From contig PS015122.1 of NCBI GenBank assembly GCA_048213135.1, forward strand, positions 65,381 to 129,380: DNA of 64,000 nucleotides. Direction: 5' to 3'. The notes beneath the pieces are model-generated. The model did no database searches. It was not told the DNA's origin and saw only the letters and a program-made list of their open reading frames with translations. The position numbers and the translations under genes are program-made. Positions 60,265 to 64,000 of the stretch are shown in pieces. The stretch is from Reclinomonas americana ATCC 50394 (Eukaryota). Positions within the stretch are counted from its first letter, which is position 1; every line of letters begins with the position of its first letter.

Positions 60265-62119
60265 TCACTGTTGCGGGTACCGATCGCGCCAGTACGTGAT
60301 GCCGTCGGAACTAATGTACGTCATGAGCGTGGCTTCGTAGGCGACGGCCTCTTGCGGTGTGCGCCCGCACTGCTCCTTGAAGACGCGCGGATTGCCTACC
60401 GTGCATCCGGCGACCGTCAGCGATTCGAGGGCCAGTGGTGCGAGAATCTGTGCACGTAACGTGAGAGGCAGCTAGCGCACTCCGTTTTTGGTGACACCAT
60501 CGACACGCACCTTCTCAAACAAGTGACGCGATCGTGGCACGTGGTGGTGGCTGGTGGCCACCAGTACGTGTCGCAGGTTCTTCCAGCCGCGCGACTGTGC
60601 CATGTACCGCACGCAGCCTGCGTTGCCATATGTGTCGGGTGAACGGTCCTCGGCAATCACGTGCCCATCCTGTGCGTGCCGCAGTGAGCTCAGAAGCTGC
60701 AGAAGCCAGTGCTCTCATCAGTGGCGCAACTCTCGGCGCATGCAGCTGCTCGTGCGCGTACTCGCACATCATCTCGGCCTCGGTGCGTGGTAAGTTCTGC
60801 GCTCCCTTGGTGAGAAAGAATCATGAACGAGGAAGTGCGTCAGAGTCACCAACCCGCGGATTGCCGCCCGACATGATCAGCACGGCACCGTTCTGTCCGT
60901 AAATGTACCTCGCCGATCGCCACGCCGACACGCCGAGACGCACGCGGCACTCCAACGCTTGCGCCATGTGGCAGTCGTGCCCCTCGCCCAACAACGCCTG
61001 TCCGAGCACGACCACCGCCATTGTCGGACCTTCGTCTGCCTCCCCAAAGTCAGCGCGGAGAAACAGGAAACAGAGTGCCTCCCTTGCCAGCACACACACA
61101 CCATCAGAGCTCGGCATCGGCGGCGGCACCGAAAAGTCCCACTCCACGCGCTCCGTGTTGCCATTCTCCACGCGATGACCGAGCAGCGTCTGCAACACAT
61201 ACGAATGCGTGACCACGAGTATCACTCGCTCCGGACGGCGACTCAACCAGGTGCGGAAGCCCTGTGCCACGCGCATGAGGAACACTTCGTCGGGCTCCAT
61301 GTCGCACCGCAGCGAGCGATCCACGGGCGTGCCGTCGTCGAACCACCTGAGACGCAAAAAATCAGTCAACAATCGAGCAGAGAAGGCGAGGAGAGGCCGC
61401 CGCACCATTCGTCGGCCCACGTCTCCATCTCGTCAAAGCTAAAGTGTGGGAACTGCACGGGAGAGGGTGGTTGATACGCATGTTGACAGGAGTGAGGCGA
61501 GCTTCGGCGCACTGACCTGTTCTTTGAGCACCGACAAGGGCGTGCCGAAATCGTGCGAGGAGCAGCGTCGCTCGGCCGCCAGTGGACACACCACCACGGG
61601 AATGCCCGAGTCGGGGTTGTACACACTCTGTGGAGCGTGCGTGGTCTCAGTCGGTGAGAGAGAGAGAGAGACAAGAGAGGCGAGTCGCGAGTACCTCGGT
61701 AGTGGTCTGCAGACACCGCGTAAACGGTGACGTGACAATGAGCTGCGGCGGCTCGGCACACGTCGCCACCTCTGTCTCGTACCACTCACGGATCTTGGTT
61801 GCTTGCTGAGAAAAGGTGAGGAAGAGAGAGAGAATGTGAGAGTGTGGATCACTTCACCTCCTTCCCGAGGTGATCGAGCCCAGCGTCTGGCATAATGACA
61901 AAGTCCTTGCCAGTGCGACCAGGCAACTCGGCAGCGATCGCCTGATCACACACATTGTAAGTTGCATGCACGCACACGTGGACACGCACATGCACATGCA
62001 TATGCATTCAATCGACTCACTCGCGACAGTTGATTGTACACCGACTGGCAGTGGCGCACAAAGTAGATGGTCTTGCGATGACTGGCATCGCTGCTCCCAC
62101 TGCCACTTGCCTCGCTCAT
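60265..62119 (-). CDS. Fusion gene: histidine phosphatase (PGAM-like) + DUF218 (YdcF/ElyC/SanA-like) domain
   Basis: KTIYFVRHCQSVYN, IVTSPFTRCLQT, PLAAER, DFGTP and ILVVTHS, then AVVVLG..LECRV..LIMSGG..TEAEMM..EDRSPDTYGNA..VATSHHHVPRS; the two parts are joined by a short in-frame intron near 61035-61100. Confidence 0.8.
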
Positions 62120-62630
62120 CTCGCGCGCTTTTGTGATTGGTGTATTTTCGGCTCGATATCCGAACACGACGATGCACGTGTGAAGCACGCAGACTGGCGT
62201 GCCCCACTATCGCCCTGATCATGAGTGTTATATATTCTTGCACTCTTGTGTTCACCGTGACAGTTGGCGACAAGTGCAAGTTGCACATTGAAATGTGGCA
62301 CGCGTCTGTCGTCATGGTTGTACAAGGAGATTGGTTGTCGATTATTTGGCGCGCGCGCGCGCGCGCTCCTGATCTGCTGTGTGGGTGCGTGGCATGCACA
62401 CCAGAAGGAGAGGGGGTGCCACGGGAGAGGCACAGCATCGANNNNNNNNNNNNNNNNNNNNTGTGTGTGTATGTGTGTATGTGTGCAAGCAGCTGCGTGT
62501 CTCAAGTACGGATCCGCTTACTCCACTCTCTTACACCTCTCGCGAAAACGATAAAAACCGATCTGGGACGACCGTCCGTTGTCGCTTTCGGCTGCCACTG
62601 TCCGGAGTGCGCCGACCGATCGGATGCACG

Positions 62631-64000
62631 ATGGAATCGCGAGTTGCATATTTCTCCGCTGCCAAGGTGCAATGCCCCCTCCGTTGCAAGTCACAAAGGG
62701 AATCCTCACTGGTGTCTCACTCTCCTTCTGTCTGTTTGTGCGTCTGCATTTGTGTGTCCGTGTTTTGTTGTTTGCACATGTCTTGGCAGATGACCAGCAC
62801 CAACGCGTCCTTTGTGCAGACCAAGCGGTGAGCTCCTTTCTTCCTTCTCTTCCTCGTCACTAGTTAACCTCACACACTGTGTGGTTGGGGGGAACAACAG
62901 ATTCGTCGATGCAGTGCGTCTGTTGAACGAGTTGGAGACTGACGCGACGATTTTGGCGGGCGTCATTACGCACCTGTGCGGAAGCATTCACCTGTCTCTC
63001 GGTGCCGTGACCAAGGACGATGACAGGTGCACACACTCACTCACTCTCACACACACTTGCACACACACACTCTCTCACTCTCACTCACTTGCACACTCTC
63101 ACTCTCCCTCACACCCTTCCCTCTCTCTCCATGCACACCCTTCCCTCCCTCCCNNNNNNNNNNNNNNNNNNNNNNNNNNNNNNNNNNNNNNNNNNNNNNN
63201 NNNNNNNNNNNNNNNNNNNNNNNNNNNNNNNNNNNNNNNNNNNNNNNNNNNNNNNNNNNNNNNNNNNNNNNNNNNNNNNNNNNNNNNNNNNNNNNNNNNN
63301 NNNNNNNNNNNNNNNNNNNNNNNNNNNNNNNNNNNNNNNNNNNNNNNNNNNNNNNNNNNNNNNNNNNNNNNNNNNNNNNNNNNNNNNNNNNNNNNNNNNN
63401 NNNNNNNNNNNNNNNNNNNNNNNNNNNNNNNNNNNNNNNNNNNNNNNNNNNNNNNNNNNNNNNNNNNNNNNNNNNNNNNNNNNNNNNNNNNNNNNNNNNN
63501 NNNNNNNNNNNNNNNNNNNNNNNNNNNNNNNNNNNNNNNNNNNNNNNNNNNNNNNNNNNNNNNNNNNNNNNNNNNNNNNNNNNNNNNNNNNNNNNNNNNN
63601 NNNNNNNNNNNNNNNNNNNNNNNNNNNNNNNNNNNNNNNNNNNNNNNNNNNNNNNNNNNNNNNNNNNNNNNNNNNNNNNNNNNNNNNNNNNNNNNCTCTC
63701 TCTCTCACCTCACTCTGCATTCCTCTTGCAGGCTTCGCGCTGCACTGGATGTCTCCGAAGACGACGGCGACACGATCCTCGACACATGCCGCTACATTAT
63801 CGAGGAGGCCGCGTATCATGCCATGCGACCGGCGGTGTTGAGCGAGAAGCTGGCGGCCGCCGGACTCAACCAGGACAAGGCCGAGCTGTTTGGTGGGGTG
63901 TGGGAGCGCGAGGGAAGGGATGTGCTGGCGGCGTTGCGGTCACGGGGTGTGGGATCGTTCCCGCGTCTCGTGTCGTCGTCGTGGTCGTTGACGGTGCATT
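62631..64000 (+). CDS. COMMD10: COMM domain-containing protein 10, partial (internal gap; runs off the window)
   Basis: RFVDAVRLLNE; LRAALDVS..ILDTCRYIIEEAAYHAMRPAVLSEKL..QDKAELF..VW..LVSSSWSL. The start may instead be at 62790. Confidence 0.85.

Noticed and set aside
1-64000. CRISPR arrays, tRNA/rRNA genes, transposase or reverse transcriptase ORFs, alternative genetic code
   Set aside because: No repeat-spacer array, RNA gene or mobile-element protein motif was recognised by eye; conserved genes end in TAA, TAG or TGA with no in-frame stops in conserved exons.

Overview
Gene-dense, GC-rich eukaryotic DNA from a draft scaffold with several N gaps. It most likely comes from a flagellated protist, since B9D2 and an RSPH10B-like gene are present. 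Most introns are short GT-AG introns (about 60-100 nt) with CTCAC/CTGAC-like branch points, (AG)n/(AC)n microsatellites are common, and the genetic code appears standard. Recognisable genes: B9D2, HAUS1, TMEM62, FAM32A, SMARCD/BAF60-like, SAR1, RSPH10B-like, an indoleamine 2,3-dioxygenase, PP1 inhibitor-2, VPS4, ODR4 and COMMD10. The main accessory feature is a 13-kb tandem array (10.0-23.0 kb) of seven GT2/GT-A glycosyltransferase genes. Each joins a signal peptide and an unrecognised six-cysteine domain (small exons) to an intron-free, bacterial-looking catalytic exon. The array shows an unequal-crossover chimera, a frameshift, a possible newborn intron and a variable loop. Other candidates: two different histidine-phosphatase fusion genes (one to an unknown His-rich domain plus a beta-trefoil-like module, one to DUF218); a type I membrane alpha/beta-hydrolase lacking its catalytic Ser, whose middle exons lie inverted between two gaps; a membrane-anchored IDO; and palindrome-rich divergent intergenic regions. 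All gene models were spliced by eye and family calls come from remembered motifs, not database searches.
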